From Octopus vulgaris (Eukaryota), in contig OX597815.1 in assembly GCA_951406725.2 (NCBI GenBank), forward strand, positions 90,272,001 to 90,336,000: a stretch of 64,000 bases of DNA, given 5' to 3'. This document shows positions 41,161-54,284 of this stretch, one piece after another; the first letter of the stretch is position 1, and every line of letters starts with the position of its first letter. The notes under the pieces were generated by a model. That model was given only the letters and a program-made list of their open reading frames with translations, was not told the DNA's origin and ran no database searches. A program made the translations under genes and the position numbers.

Positions 41161-41568
41161 CGAAAATAATCAACAATTGAAATAGTCAGCAATTTAAAAT
41201 ATTACCCTTTTACAAAATATAAGATGAAAATGATCACCTACGAAAGACAAAAAAATTGAATTCTTTAGAAAAATTGTAAATCCGAAACTTAACATCCGCT
41301 TTAAACAGCTGAGAATGATTGCTTGAAAAAGTCGCAAAGGAAAACGCTTTCGCAAAAAATACACTATAGTGATAACATATAATATAGAAACTACTTCCAC
41401 ATAGGTTTGTAGTATGCTGTTAAGTAACAGAATTTTTTATAAGTAATAACTTAAAAATAAATATTTTTCTAATTATAAATTCACGTGGTTGAGATAGATT
41501 AGATAGTTAGACAAATACACAGACAGACAGACATAAAGACAGAATGACATATATACAGATAGACAGAC

Positions 41569-41625
<57 letters not shown>

Positions 41626-41675
41626 TGTATGTATGCATGCATGTATGTATGTATGTATGTATGTATGTATGTATG

Positions 41676-41709
<34 letters not shown>

Positions 41710-42099
41710 TGTATGTATGTAGGTAGGTAGGTAGGTAGGTACATATGCATGTTCAGTTCACATATACCAGATACTCATACCTCAATTGTTTCTTGGTGAA
41801 CTCTTTTGACTCACACGCATATAATTTGCATATGTGAGTAGTTTTGTAAATATCTGCTTATAATCAATAACCTATAACGAGACCAGACCAGAAACAACAT
41901 CTTATGTTAAAATATATTACGTCATGCTTGGTGTTTATGCTGCATTAATGAAATGTTCTCACCACTTGAATGAATGGTTAAGCACAATCATTTAAATGCA
42001 AAAAAAAGCGGAATAAAAATTAACATTTCCATTAATCAACACATCATATTTCCTTACAGTACTTATATATACATATACATATATATGGATATTCGTGTA

Positions 42100-45000
42100 T
42101 TTTTTTCCTTAAATTCCTTAAAAATGTTTTAGCCCGAAGGCCGCGGCCATACTGGGGCACCACCGCTGAATGAGCTACATTAATATGTGAATCCACCTCT
42201 GATACGTGGCACTTGATCAACAAGGGAGTTCGATGCTGCTGCCCGCATCTGCATCTCGTGTCGTGAGGTAGGTTCATCTGGGACTCCCGACAAGAAGAGA
42301 TCCAGTTTAGTTTTAAAGAAACCCACATCCACACCATGTAAATCTCTCAGGCATTTAGGGAGGATGTTAAAGTGCTGTGATCCTCTGAAACCCAAGCTGT
42401 TGCAGTATCTGGACCTGTATTTTGATGGTGATGTTGGAATCTTTGGCACCATGCAGTTCTGCGGTTGGGGTAACTTTGAATGCCAAAGTTTGGGACAAGA
42501 CCCTCCAGGATTGTCCAGATGTATATCACCGCATATCTCTCCCGCCTCCGCTCTAGGGAGAAGAGATTTAATACTTTCAGTCTTTCCCAGTAGCTGATAT
42601 TTTGCATTGAGACGATTTTCTTTGTGTAGCTTCTCTGAATTGCTTCGAGTTCTGCTGTTAGTTTTATATTGTGTGGTGACCATAGTTGGGAGCAGTAGTC
42701 CAAGCGGCTGAGGACGAATGTTTTCCATAGGACCATCAGTGTCTCCTTCTCTCTTGTTCTGAAAGTTCGGAGAATCCACCCAGCTAGCCGTCTGCATTTT
42801 ATCACCAGATTAGTAATATGCACTTGGAAAGATGCATCATTGCTCATGTCAATGCCCAGGTCACGCACTGATTTTGACTCAGGTATTGCAATTCTTCCTG
42901 GGCCAGTGTATCCAGTCTGCACGTCGTTTACCTTTGTGTGCCGGTAGCGCAGGGCCTGGAACTTACCTGCATTAAACTGCATGTTGTTGTCCTCAGCCCA
43001 CCCGTATATTGTGACCAACTCCTGTTGCAGATGCGCAATATTTTCGGGGTTTTGTATTGTGTGGGAGACTTTTGTGTCATCTGCATTGCTAGCAAGGGTG
43101 GCCATCGTAGCAACTGAAGGCATGTCTAAAAGGGCCACTATGGACATCAGTGGCCCCAAGACAGTGCCCTGTGGGACACCGTTTGTTATTTGTGTTTCCT
43201 TGGAGGTGGCTCCATTGCTCACAACTGCCTGTTTTCTGTCTTTTAGGAAGTTGTCAGACAGCAAGTCATTTTCTTCAAGGAACATGATTAGTTTCTTACG
43301 GACTATTCGTTCCATGACTTTGCTGGTGTGTGAGGTCAGAGAGATAGGCCTATAATTTTTAGCATCTGCTCTGCTACCTCCCTTATGGATAGGGCATATT
43401 AACCCCTCTTTCAATTTGACTGGGAGCTTACCACTTGCAAGAAAGCTCTGAAAAAGAAGCTGTAGCGGTTTTGCAAGGGCTCGTTTGCACGATTTGAGAA
43501 GGATCGCTGGGAATCCATCAGGTCCAGCAGCTGAGTTTGTGTCAATCTCATCTATGGTTAGTGTGATATCATCATCTTCGATGTTGATGTACTCAATTTG
43601 TGCCTCTTCGGCCGCAGGTAAAGTGGCAAAGAATTCTTCTGGGTTGTTTACTTGCCTGTGTCCTAGAGGTGTAGTGAACACACTTTGGAATTGTTCGTTC
43701 AGTATTTCACTTATCCTCGTGGGATTTCCTGTGAGAGAGTCATCTTTTTGGAAGAGAGGTCCTATTCTCTGGTGCACTGTGGCTGTCTCTTTGGCAAATT
43801 TAAAGAAAGCTTTAGGGTTTGATTTTATATTTTCTATTACCCAAGCTTCTTTATCTGCTCTCTCCTTTTCATGGGACTGATGTAGACTTTTATCAATTTC
43901 CATTAGCATTCTCTCGAGCCGAGACTTTTCACCACTTTTGGTGTGCTTGCTCAGGTGGTTCGCAATCCTTGTCCGTCGTCTCATAAGAATCTTCCTTTCT
44001 CTAGGGATCCTGTTTTTGTTTTTGTGTGTGCTGGCCCTGCACACTGGGACATATTTGTCACATATGGCTTGTATTATGGACATGAAGTGTTTGTGTTTCA
44101 TGTTAATGTCCGGTGTGGAGAGACATTTAGACCAATCCTGTTTGAGGATCTCTTTCTCAATCAACTTCCAGTTTGCTTTATGAAAGTTTAAGTTGGAGAG
44201 ATGGTGGATGCTTCGTATAGGTTGCGTGTCTACGGGGGCTTTTGTTCCATACATAGACAGCTCTATTATGCTGTGATCCGAGATCATTGTCGGCATCACA
44301 TTAACATTATGGATAATATCCATATTGTTTGTGAAGCAGAGATCCAGTATATTATCTGCCCTTGTTGGTTGCAGAACTATTTGCTCCATGAAAGAGGCAT
44401 TTGTGAGATGGGGCAGGGACTTTGCCTGTGCCTGCTGATGGTGTGTCATCCCTGAGAGCATCGGCTCCCCAGGCCATTCCACATTGGGGAAGTTAAAGTC
44501 ACCCATGAAGAATATACTGTTGTGTCGTTCAAGTTTGGTGAGGATTTCTATTTTTGTTAGGCAGTCTTCAAACATGCCTGAGTGATTTGGGGCATCTGGT
44601 GGGCGATATGTAATGCATATGACAATATTCAGTTGTCTTATGTGTACAATTTGAGTTTCACACACTGAGTTTGAATATGACAACAGGACCTGGGGCGTGA
44701 GGTCATCTCGGAAGTATATTGCAATTCCACCATGGCTCCTCCCTTTTCTATCTGTGCGTATGACTGCATATTGCGGCATGTGTATTTCTGCATCACCTAT
44801 ATCGGGTTCAAGATGCGTTTCTGTGAGTGCCATGCATATAGCTTGATTGCATGTCACCAGGTCGCTCAGGAATGAGATTTTCCTTTTAGAGTTTCCGCGC
44901 AGCAGCCCTCCTATGTTCAGTAGAAATATTTTTGTGGTGTGTGTGTTGGTGTTGGTGTTTGTGGTGGCCACCCTGCATCTGTTGGTGGTGGCCTTCTGTG

Positions 45001-45220
45001 GTGGTAGTTCCAGCTTTGTGCTTGTAGCCAGGTCAGCTGCTGAACAATTTTTTGTGCTATGCACAAAAAAGATTGCTGTTCAGCTACTGCCCTTCTCACA
45101 TCTGGGTGAGGCTGGCGATTTGTTGGGTTACCGCGCACCACATCCGCATATCGTCATTCAGGAGTGGTCAATGCACTTTTTCTCCTTCTTTTATACTTTT
45201 CTTATTCTTTTTCTTTTTGC
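42100..45220 (-). mobile_element. CR1-type LINE (APE endonuclease plus RT), damaged
   Basis: ORF2 plus 3' stem-loop and short (ttaagga)-type tail at 42100-42167; the 5' end runs into (TA)n. Confidence 0.9.
42180..45064 (-). pseudogene. LINE ORF2 (endonuclease-RT) with an internal RT deletion, YADD->NADD and a C-terminal frameshift
   Basis: Motifs LTETHL, YRPP, MGDFN, LDL.FTN, SDH, AGPDG, NYRPISLTS, GVPQGTVLGPL, NADDTK. The QHGF and DFxKAFD segment is missing between LLSD and NFLKDRKQ. The C-terminus (GSQHFNILP..FKTKLD) lies in another frame. Confidence 0.9.
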
Positions 45221-45222
45221 TT

Positions 45223-45254
<32 letters not shown>

Positions 45255-45348
45255 CGTGTGTATGTGTGTGTGTGTGTTTATGTATGTATATATATATACG
45301 CACATATATATCTACATATATATACACATAGATATATATATATATAGG

Positions 45349-45415
<67 letters not shown>

Positions 45416-45491
45416 GCAGCGTGGAAGGTGTTTATAAGCCATTTAAGAAACACACAAAAGCCGTTCGATTCACTTCAACATTTAAGTTTAA

Positions 45492-45541
45492 TTTGTCAAA
45501 ATATTTTCGTCGCTAAAATCCGCGACCTGTTCACTGACAAA
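45492..45541 (-). ncRNA. Mirror copy of the G3:C8 hammerhead
   Basis: Identical motif on the minus strand in the left arm of the palindrome. Confidence 0.75.
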
Positions 45542-45561
45542 AATCCGATGCAGCACGGATT

Positions 45562-45611
45562 TTTGTCAGTGAACAGGTCGCGGATTTTAGCGACGAAAAT
45601 ATTTTGACAAA
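45562..45611 (+). ncRNA. Variant minimal hammerhead ribozyme (G3:C8 core)
   Basis: tttgtca-GTGAACA-g-gtcgc(ggatttta)gcgac-GAAA-atat-tt-tgacaaa; 7-bp stem I, 5-bp stem II, palindromic stem III aatatt. Confidence 0.75.
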
Positions 45612-45749
45612 TTAAACTTAAATGTTGAAGTGAATCGAACGGCTTTTGTGTGTTTCTTAAATGGCTTATAAACACCTTCCACGCTGCAATTGTTTTCGTT
45701 TCAGCACACGATCTCAGATCAAATTACTTGCTATGCGAGTACATCTCCG

Positions 45750-45792
<43 letters not shown>

Positions 45793-45929
45793 TATACATA
45801 TGTAGATATATATACATATATATAAACATGCATACTCTTACAATTGTACACATACATATACAAACATAGAGAAGAATACATTTATGCATGTTTGTGCATG
45901 CGTGTGTATGTGTGTATTTATTTATATAC

Positions 45930-45979
<50 letters not shown>

Positions 45980-46030
45980 GGATAGAGAGAGAGAGTGATA
46001 CATACATACATACACACATATATACATAGG

Positions 46031-46104
<74 letters not shown>

Positions 46105-46111
<7 letters not shown>

Positions 46112-46665
46112 ATAACATGTGTCGATTATTGGGTTGCCATGATAAAACTCCGAGTTTCGGATGACGGGGCGGAAACCCACGCCGCCATCTTTTCAGTTGT
46201 CCGGCCATTAATCAAAGGGAAGTTACTATGTGATTGACCGTTATTAAGTGAAAAGAGCTATTAGAATGACCGTTAAGTGAGGGGAGGAAGTAAAGGTAAG
46301 GGAGTAAAAATGCACATAGTATTCGCCTAAGCGCGCATGTACATACATACTAATGCGCGCCCGCACATTCACGTACGTGCGCCTATAAGTGTATACTCAT
46401 CCACCCTCACTTGAGACACACACATGCTCACCCACACATTCGCCCAAAAATATAAACATACCCGGTCATTTTCATAGCAATTTTTCGATGGCCAGATAAC
46501 TGAAGAGATGAGATGGCAGCGTGGGTTTCCGCCCCGACATCCGAAACTCGGAGTTTTATCATGGCTACCGAATAATTGTCAAATATTATATTTACAGATA
46601 AATTCCTCTATTTACATAATATAGAGGTCTCTTTCCATTTTTGTTGCCTTACCATTTCTATCAAT
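46105..46665. mobile_element. Non-autonomous element with ~105-bp inverted arms, each carrying a hammerhead motif
   Basis: Arms 46105-46208 and 46488-46596; right arm continues to (TA)n at 46665; same family as 50910-51182. Confidence 0.8.
46491..46565 (+). ncRNA. Type I hammerhead ribozyme motif
   Basis: gcca-gataa-CTGAAGA-gatg..catc-c-GAAA-ctcggag-tt-ttatc-a-tggc. Confidence 0.7.
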
Positions 46666-46683
46666 ATATATATATATATATAA

Positions 46684-46757
<74 letters not shown>

Positions 46758-48699
46758 GTATATATATATACATATACATATACATATATATACAATTATA
46801 GATATATAGATATATATAAATGTATATATGTATGCATGAATGTATATGCCAAAAGATATACGATTATTAAGAACATATATGAATGTGCATAAACTTTTGA
46901 ATAGTTTAAAAGACTCTCTATACAACGGTTTACTATTTTAGTGTATTTGATTTATATTTACAAGCGCAGAACTAAATAGGCGAAAATCTTCATATGTAGT
47001 TTTTATGTGGCATTGATAATTTCTAGTGACATTTTTTTTTTACTATTGTGAAACGAAAATAGGCTTTCATGTCCCCAAGCTATTAACTGATTGATTGAAT
47101 GAGATATTGTTCGATTCATTGATTGATTGAGCTTGTATGTAATGTCTAGGTGTCGTTTGAATCTGTAAACCAGCATTCCACATCATATATTGCAATTCCT
47201 CTCGTGTATTTATTTCTTGTGTATTTTGGTGTATTCTTAGAATTATAGATATCATTCTTTATGGAATCGCTTCAAGCAATTGACAGGCTTTGAACTTATT
47301 CATTTGCTGAAAATATAACTGTATCATATTTAAACAAATGTGACATATCTATACATAAAACAAAAAAATACAACTTAATTTTTATAATAGAGACAATTGT
47401 ATAACTTCTATATATTTTTTCTTGCTATCTATTCTTGTTTCTTTGTTCTTCTATAACACGTTAATATATAAGTGAGCAACGGTATAGATATAATGTATTT
47501 GCAACATATACTGTTCGAAATGCACAAACGTCCATACGAAAGCACACATACACGTGCACACGCACGCGCACAAATACACACATTCGTGTACACTTAAACC
47601 CATATGTATTTATAATGAAATTGAAAGTACATGACATTATGACAAGAGTATATGTTAGTTTTCCCTGAAAACCATCAAAGCCAATAATTGTATAACCGAG
47701 TTTTATTACTGAGTATAAAAACCATAAAGCCAATCTTCAAAACCACCCATAATTCTAAAGCTATTAACCCCGACGCTGGCCTTTCCTTTGACCAACGGGA
47801 ACTACTGAAGAAACATGTATTCTTTGCCATAGCCCGCATAAAGAACGATTGCAATTAAATCAAGATACAGCGTTTATTAAAGGGACACAGTTGACGAGTC
47901 AGAGAATCGCCAACAACTGCTGCATGTACCAAAAGAGCCGTTAATGCGCACTTTCTAGTGGATGTCAATATTGTATATGTAAGAGGAATATTAGAAAATT
48001 GTCCCTTATAGGTAGTATTGTTAAAGAAAATGATATGAATAGCAGGATATCAGCGATATATGTTACTTCAAAGGTTTTAGATATGTTCGGTTTCTGCAAT
48101 ATGTTCAATAAAAGAATATATAGAATCAAATAAAGTTTATATTCTATCTTACGTACAGCAGTAAATATTATTAAAGCAAAATACTGTAGTTTCAAAGTGT
48201 AGTTTGGATCAAATACAAAATGATACCTTTGGGAAAATAGCTAATCGGATCTGGTAGCATTGTGGCACTGACCAGCTTCCCTCTGCTGTCAGACACCAAT
48301 AATGCAATTGTGTTCACTGAGGAATATCAAGTGTGTGTTATGAAACCATTGTCCCAAGCTAAGCTGATTCGCCGATATAATTACACTTCCCATCAAAGCA
48401 GACAGTGATATTAAGTATTTCTGCTTCACTAGTTATGTCCATTCTAAAGTTAGCAAGCTACTTCAGACTAATCCTTGCATGGTTGCAGATGTAATATTAT
48501 ATTATAATCGCTAGAGAAGCTAATTGAAATAGCGCCACATAGGAAGAAGTAAAATGCTACATCTCACAACATGTATCGGCTACTTCACACAGAGAACTGA
48601 AACTATTAATTGAAAGGTTTGATAATATTTTATCCAATATGTTGCATGCTGTTTACACAGAATTTGGATAGTACAGGAGCATTTGCAAAACATAGATAT

Positions 48700-49711
48700 T
48701 AATGGGAAAGGTTTGAAATTACATTTCAAAAATACTACGGTTTACAATGTGAATCGTGAATTGTCTTGAAATAATTAGAAATCTGATGGTCACAAGTATA
48801 TAGTATTTTGAGCATGAGATATTCTGTCTGTCTAGGTTGAATGAAAATCATCTGCACATAATAATCATGGGAAAATTAGGAAATATCGTGGTGAACGCCA
48901 TAACGACAGTGACACGTTAAATTGGTTAGTATATAGTACCCAGTTTGCTATCTCATTATTCACAGATCTCATTCCACTTGAACCAACACACTTTGTTGTC
49001 ACAGCAGATTCAATTAAATACACGCCAAAAGTATATAAAACAGACTATACTTGCTTGTCTTTAATGTGCGATATCAACATTTAAGCTGGCAGATGAACAG
49101 TCTGAATTCCTCATTTTGCTTACTGTATTATTTTCAAGTTAGCTTTAAACTCACCTGGAAGCTAGTCACCACAGGTATTCACAATATGGTTTTAATAACA
49201 CTGCAGGTATTGCTAAAGCATTAATCTTTGTCACCTCAGCATAAGCTGCCACGAGCATATCTTATGCAAATTTACCACATTATCAGTTTGCAGGAGAATG
49301 GATACTGAGATTTAAGGATGTTGATTATGAACACATTCCATTCCCAACATTCCTAACAACTAGTTACTTACTGCTTAATTTTGTTGTAAATCAAAAGCCT
49401 TATACGACGGGGTTTATCACACATGCCTAGCCTGACGTTTATGGTAAATTCAAGATTTTAAATACAGAATGTCATTTATTCTCTTTTCAAACATTTATCT
49501 ATTTCTATAAACTCTACAGATACTATGCAATATCTGATGTATAATTTCCAGTAGAAGGAGCATTACCACTATATATTAACATCAGGTAGCCAATAATTGT
49601 GGACGAGTTTTGCATAGCATTCTACAAGGAATTTAATCAAATTTTATTTCACTAATTACACACGCACACGTCTGTTTGTTTTTTATGTATGTATGTATGT
49701 ATGTATGTATG

Positions 49712-49773
<62 letters not shown>

Positions 49774-52700
49774 TGTATGTATGCATGCATGTATGTAAGC
49801 AGCATCTTTGTGGTTCCGGTTTCGTTACTGTTTACAATCTTGTTCTAATTCTTTTCAAATCTGATATATGGATTGCGTTTGTATACTAATTATGAAAATG
49901 AATTTCATTTTTGCTATAAATCTATAATTGAAAGGTTGTTAGCCTTTAAAATTTGCAAAAATTGGGTATTTTAGCCAATCAGAAGCGAGTATTTTACATA
50001 TCACCGTAGCGAAGAACTCTGTTTACATAGTGACCAAAGATGCTGCGCATGCGTACAGGGAGTGTAGCCACCACGTGTTCTATAATTTTCTTTTTTCGTA
50101 ACAGAAACAATTCGATTCTAGAATGATGGCCGCAGCTTTAAACCTTTCGATGTGGATGAGATATGAGAAAGATGATTTATTTTATAAAATCCTAGAGTGT
50201 ATTGCAAACTTTCCTTCTTGAATTTTTAAAACTAAAAAATGTCTGTTTTAAACAATGTTTTACTGTTATTTCTAGCATCTCCTGTTGGTTTGTTCGTAGC
50301 TTTTAAACATTTAATTTGCTCGCAAATGTTTTCATGCTTTTCAGTTTACTGTTGCTAGTTTAATTTTTTGACATGCCGATACCACCCCAAAAGACATGAT
50401 GGAAATGACAGCGAACGCACTGTTTTCTGATTGGATGAAAATTCTGAAAAGTATCAAAATTTTGAGCACCTGTAACATATTTTTCTGGAATAAATGAATA
50501 AAAAAATTTGGATTCAGCGTCAAAAGTTACATCTGTATGATGTATTAAGAATTTTTTTAACGATAATTGTAGACATTGACGAAAACTACAAAGATCATGT
50601 ATGTATGTGTGCATGTATGTATGTATGTATGTATGTATGTATGTATGTATGTATGTATGTATGTACAAACATTTGAAACTATCAGTATTGTTCATCAGAT
50701 AAATGAGTGGGCCTTGATATTGTTGGGCGCCCTCCTAGAAATAGCAACCAAATCCCCAAATCTCCACACTCGTGCCTTTATCTTCTCGTTTTAATTTCCT
50801 TTGTTGTAAAGACCTACCTAGATCCACATATGTATGCATGAAACTCCAAGCTCGTATCTTTATATTGTGTACATTATATATACATGTGTGTGTGCATGTA
50901 TATATATATATTGATAAAACTGGTAAGACAACAAAAGAATGAAAGAGACCTCGATATTATGTAAATAGAGGAAGTTATCTGTAAAAGTAATATGTGATAA
51001 TTATTCGGTAGCCATGATAAAACTCCGAGTTTCGTATGCCGGGGTGGAAATCCACGCCCCCATCTCTTCGGCCATCGGAAAAAATGCTATGAGAAAACCT
51101 TTTCATAGCATTTTTTCCGATAGTCGAATAACTGAAGAGAGGGTGGCGTGGATTTCCACCCCGGCATCCGAAACTCAGAGTTAAATAATCATTTAGAAGA
51201 ATAGTCATGACAGCTACTTGCAAGTTCCGACTTGCTAAATCATCATAGTATTGTAATACATTTTCGTCTAGCTTTTTGTTTATATTGTCTAAGATTCAGC
51301 ATTTTGGGGTGGGTAGGGCTCTCTTTAAAGATGATTAGGTTGTAAGGTAGGTATGGAAGCTTTTTATTAGTTAAATTTGGAGTTACTTTGTCGTTTGAGT
51401 ACTCTCATGCCAGTAGAACATTGTAATCAGGTTCCTTTTTAGTTCAATGAGCTTCAGTTTTAGGGTTGTCTTTTAGGGGTTCCCAAATATATTCAGGTAG
51501 GTTAGTTATTCAGCTGGTATGTAAATAGTTTTATCTGTTGTTGATTTTTGTTTGGGCAGTAATGGAAAACTTGACCTTTTCTTATGAGAATATTTAATGT
51601 ATTAGGTGTCAGCTTTTAGGTCATGAACTTTTTAAAGATCACAATAGAATGTAATAGGTAGAAAGGTTAATTGGTCAGCAGAATCCTTTCTGGTTGTTGA
51701 TGATTTTTAGATTTACAAGGCGGCGGCTATTGTTCAGAATTCAGTGATGCATATAACGCTGTAATTAGGTGTGCTTATTCAGGCGCGTCGACTTTAGGTC
51801 ATGCTGTTGTTCGTATAGAAATGTGTATGTATATGGGAAGGTTAGTTGTTCAGCAGATTTCTTACTAAGAGTTAATTGCTCATGATGTTATTTGATTAAC
51901 TATGAAAGTTATATTCTTAGTGTTTCTAATTACGATAAATATATTCCGCAATATTGAAGTTTTCTTGCAAAGTAATATACATTTCATCAATGATTTTTCA
52001 AGTTAAATGCTATTGACGAAATTTATACCAATCTATAAAGTATATATAAAATGCATTGGCAGCCTATTTAACTGCAGGTATATGATGATTATCTTCACCC
52101 TAATATATTGTTCAACGACTGAAGAATGTGAACATACTAGGACGAAATAATATCTTGATAACATTCTTTTCATTAGATATTCCATTATAGGTTTACTTGA
52201 ATTTCTTTTATTAGGAAAAGGCAGGAATTTGAAGATAGTCGTGTATATTCAATATTGCTGGTAGCTACTCCTACACTATTACAGAAAAAGTATACAATCG
52301 CCCAAAAACTCTTGTATGCACCGAACAGCAACTACCAAACTCCCATCACCTATCCACAATGAATATGCTGTCATTCTTAGCATATATACTACTTCAACAA
52401 CATTTATTTAAATACAAGTGTTTGTTATGTTCTCTGCCGAGCAAAATATATATTTTCTTTCATTTTTATAGAGATAATCACCTACATTTATTTGCTGTTT
52501 AATGATGTAGTCTGAAGAGGTTCCGTTTAATAGCTTGTTATAGTTCCCTCATTTTGTTGAGCAACCTTTTCTAAATAAATAATTAGGAATGTATGATTAT
52601 AAAATATTTGCATACATTGCCTATCTCCCTAGTTTACGTAAAGTATTTATGATATTGCTATCGTTCTGCTATTTTAGGTGGATTTAGATGGATTTCATCA

Positions 52701-53700
52701 AATTGCTTTTGCAGTCCCCCAACATGTCTCTGGTGAAAGCGATGTATTGTCAATGCAACTGAAGTGTATACACCAAGAACAATTTTCAGGTACAGCGTAT
52801 CAGAATCTACTTTGTCGTATGCTACAATATTTTCCAAGACCTGTACATTTTGACATATGATTCTACCCTGGCTTAACATTTTGATAGTAGATTTGCTAAA
52901 CGAGGACTGGCCTAGTATAAACAATAACAACAACTACAAGATACGTAGTTTTACAGTTAATATACATATTATATATTTAAGAGTTAATAGGAAAATTGAA
53001 ACTGAATACGTATACAACTTTAAAATTTACGTTTATTAAATTTCTTAGTTGCGAAGGATAAACATCCTTTTGTATAGTCTGTAGATTTATTGTGCGAACT
53101 TTTTAATAAGTATGTCGGATGTATATAAAAAGATTCATATTGAAATATATTTTTCTTTTAGTAGCTTTTATCTATGTTTGCGTGTTTTTTGTTAGGATTA
53201 GGCAATATTAATTCAATAAAGCGTGATTTAAGTTAAAATATGAGTTCATTACAGAAATTCACACAATTTCTATAGATATACATTCCTTCATTTTATCGAA
53301 ATTTTCAAATTTAGTTCTCTATTGAAATTCGCAACTGGAATCTGTTTATTTTGGAAAGATATATGATTCACTAAAAGTTTCCATTTCAGTAATTCAAAGT
53401 GTTACATAGCCGATATGTAAAGATAAAAGAAGCCAGTATACAATATTCAGGTGTAACCTGAGAGATTCTGAAAGAATCTATGAAAGAAATTCAAATGAAT
53501 ATTTTCCAAGTGCATACTTTTTAGAACATTCGTAGCTGGTTGTGTACGACAAATTATTACCTTGGAAATACAGGATTAAGAAATAAGTCACATAACTCCA
53601 GTAACTCTGCTACTACAACCAGTAACTCAATATTCCAAAAATCTGAAGGAAATTTCTACAGACGCTTGCATTTGATATCATACTGATAGTTATACACCTT
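48700..53700 (+). pseudogene. Possible decayed GT31 (beta-1,3-galactosyltransferase-like) sequence
   Basis: By-eye fragments: PTHFVVTADS (~48980), EWILRFKDVDYEHIPFPTFLTTSYLLLNFVVNQKPY (~49297), AILGGFRWISSNC..LVKA/DV(F)VN (52668-52755). Confidence 0.3.
50910..51182. mobile_element. Second copy of the inverted hammerhead family; imperfect palindrome 51021-51182
   Basis: 50910-51095 is the reverse complement of 46470-46665. Centre tcggaaaaaatgctatga..tcatagcattttttccga. Plus-strand HHR core CTGAAGA at 51132 and GAAA at 51170. Confidence 0.8.
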
Positions 53701-54284
53701 TGCTTATGTTTCAGTATAAAAATACCTGATGTTAACAAATTCATTTATAATTATTTTGTCATTACATTGGAGATGCCTTTTGAATTTAGTTTTCTTTGCT
53801 TTACACAATGATAAATAGATGTGGCTCCATATTTCCATACTCTGATTGGTTCAAAGATTTAGAAAACAATTGGATCATAGTAACATGTATAGAAATAAGC
53901 AGACATCAGAGATGCATAATCAAGGGATGGAAGCAATATTAAAACAATAACAGATTTTTTAACACTGTGTATGTGTATATTTTCTTCTGTTTTTATTTAA
54001 ATTCCTCCTCTGAGGAAATAACTAATTTCTGATAAAGATACAAAGCTCCATTTGTTGGAATGTAGAAAACAAAAGTAATGTCATATTTTAAACTTGGGAA
54101 AAGTCATGCAAAATTTGTACTATCCCACTTAGAGATTTATTAGTAATGAGCGAGTTATTTGGTTGATTTTTTTTTTCTGAAAATACTAGCTCATCCAGAT
54201 TGTCAGTTAAGTATATACTAACAAAATCAAGTACATCAACTATTATTGGTATACTATGTGTGAATGTATGACCTGAATATACAG

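Larger units (their letters stand above)
45412..45691. repeat. Perfect inverted repeat, 136-bp arms and 8-nt spacer
   Basis: 45412-45547 is the reverse complement of 45556-45691; spacer atgcagca; element flanked by (TA)n. Confidence 0.97.

Noticed and set aside
52112-52160. CTGAAGA..GAAA string
   Set aside because: Stem II at most 2 bp and stem I out of register; likely chance.
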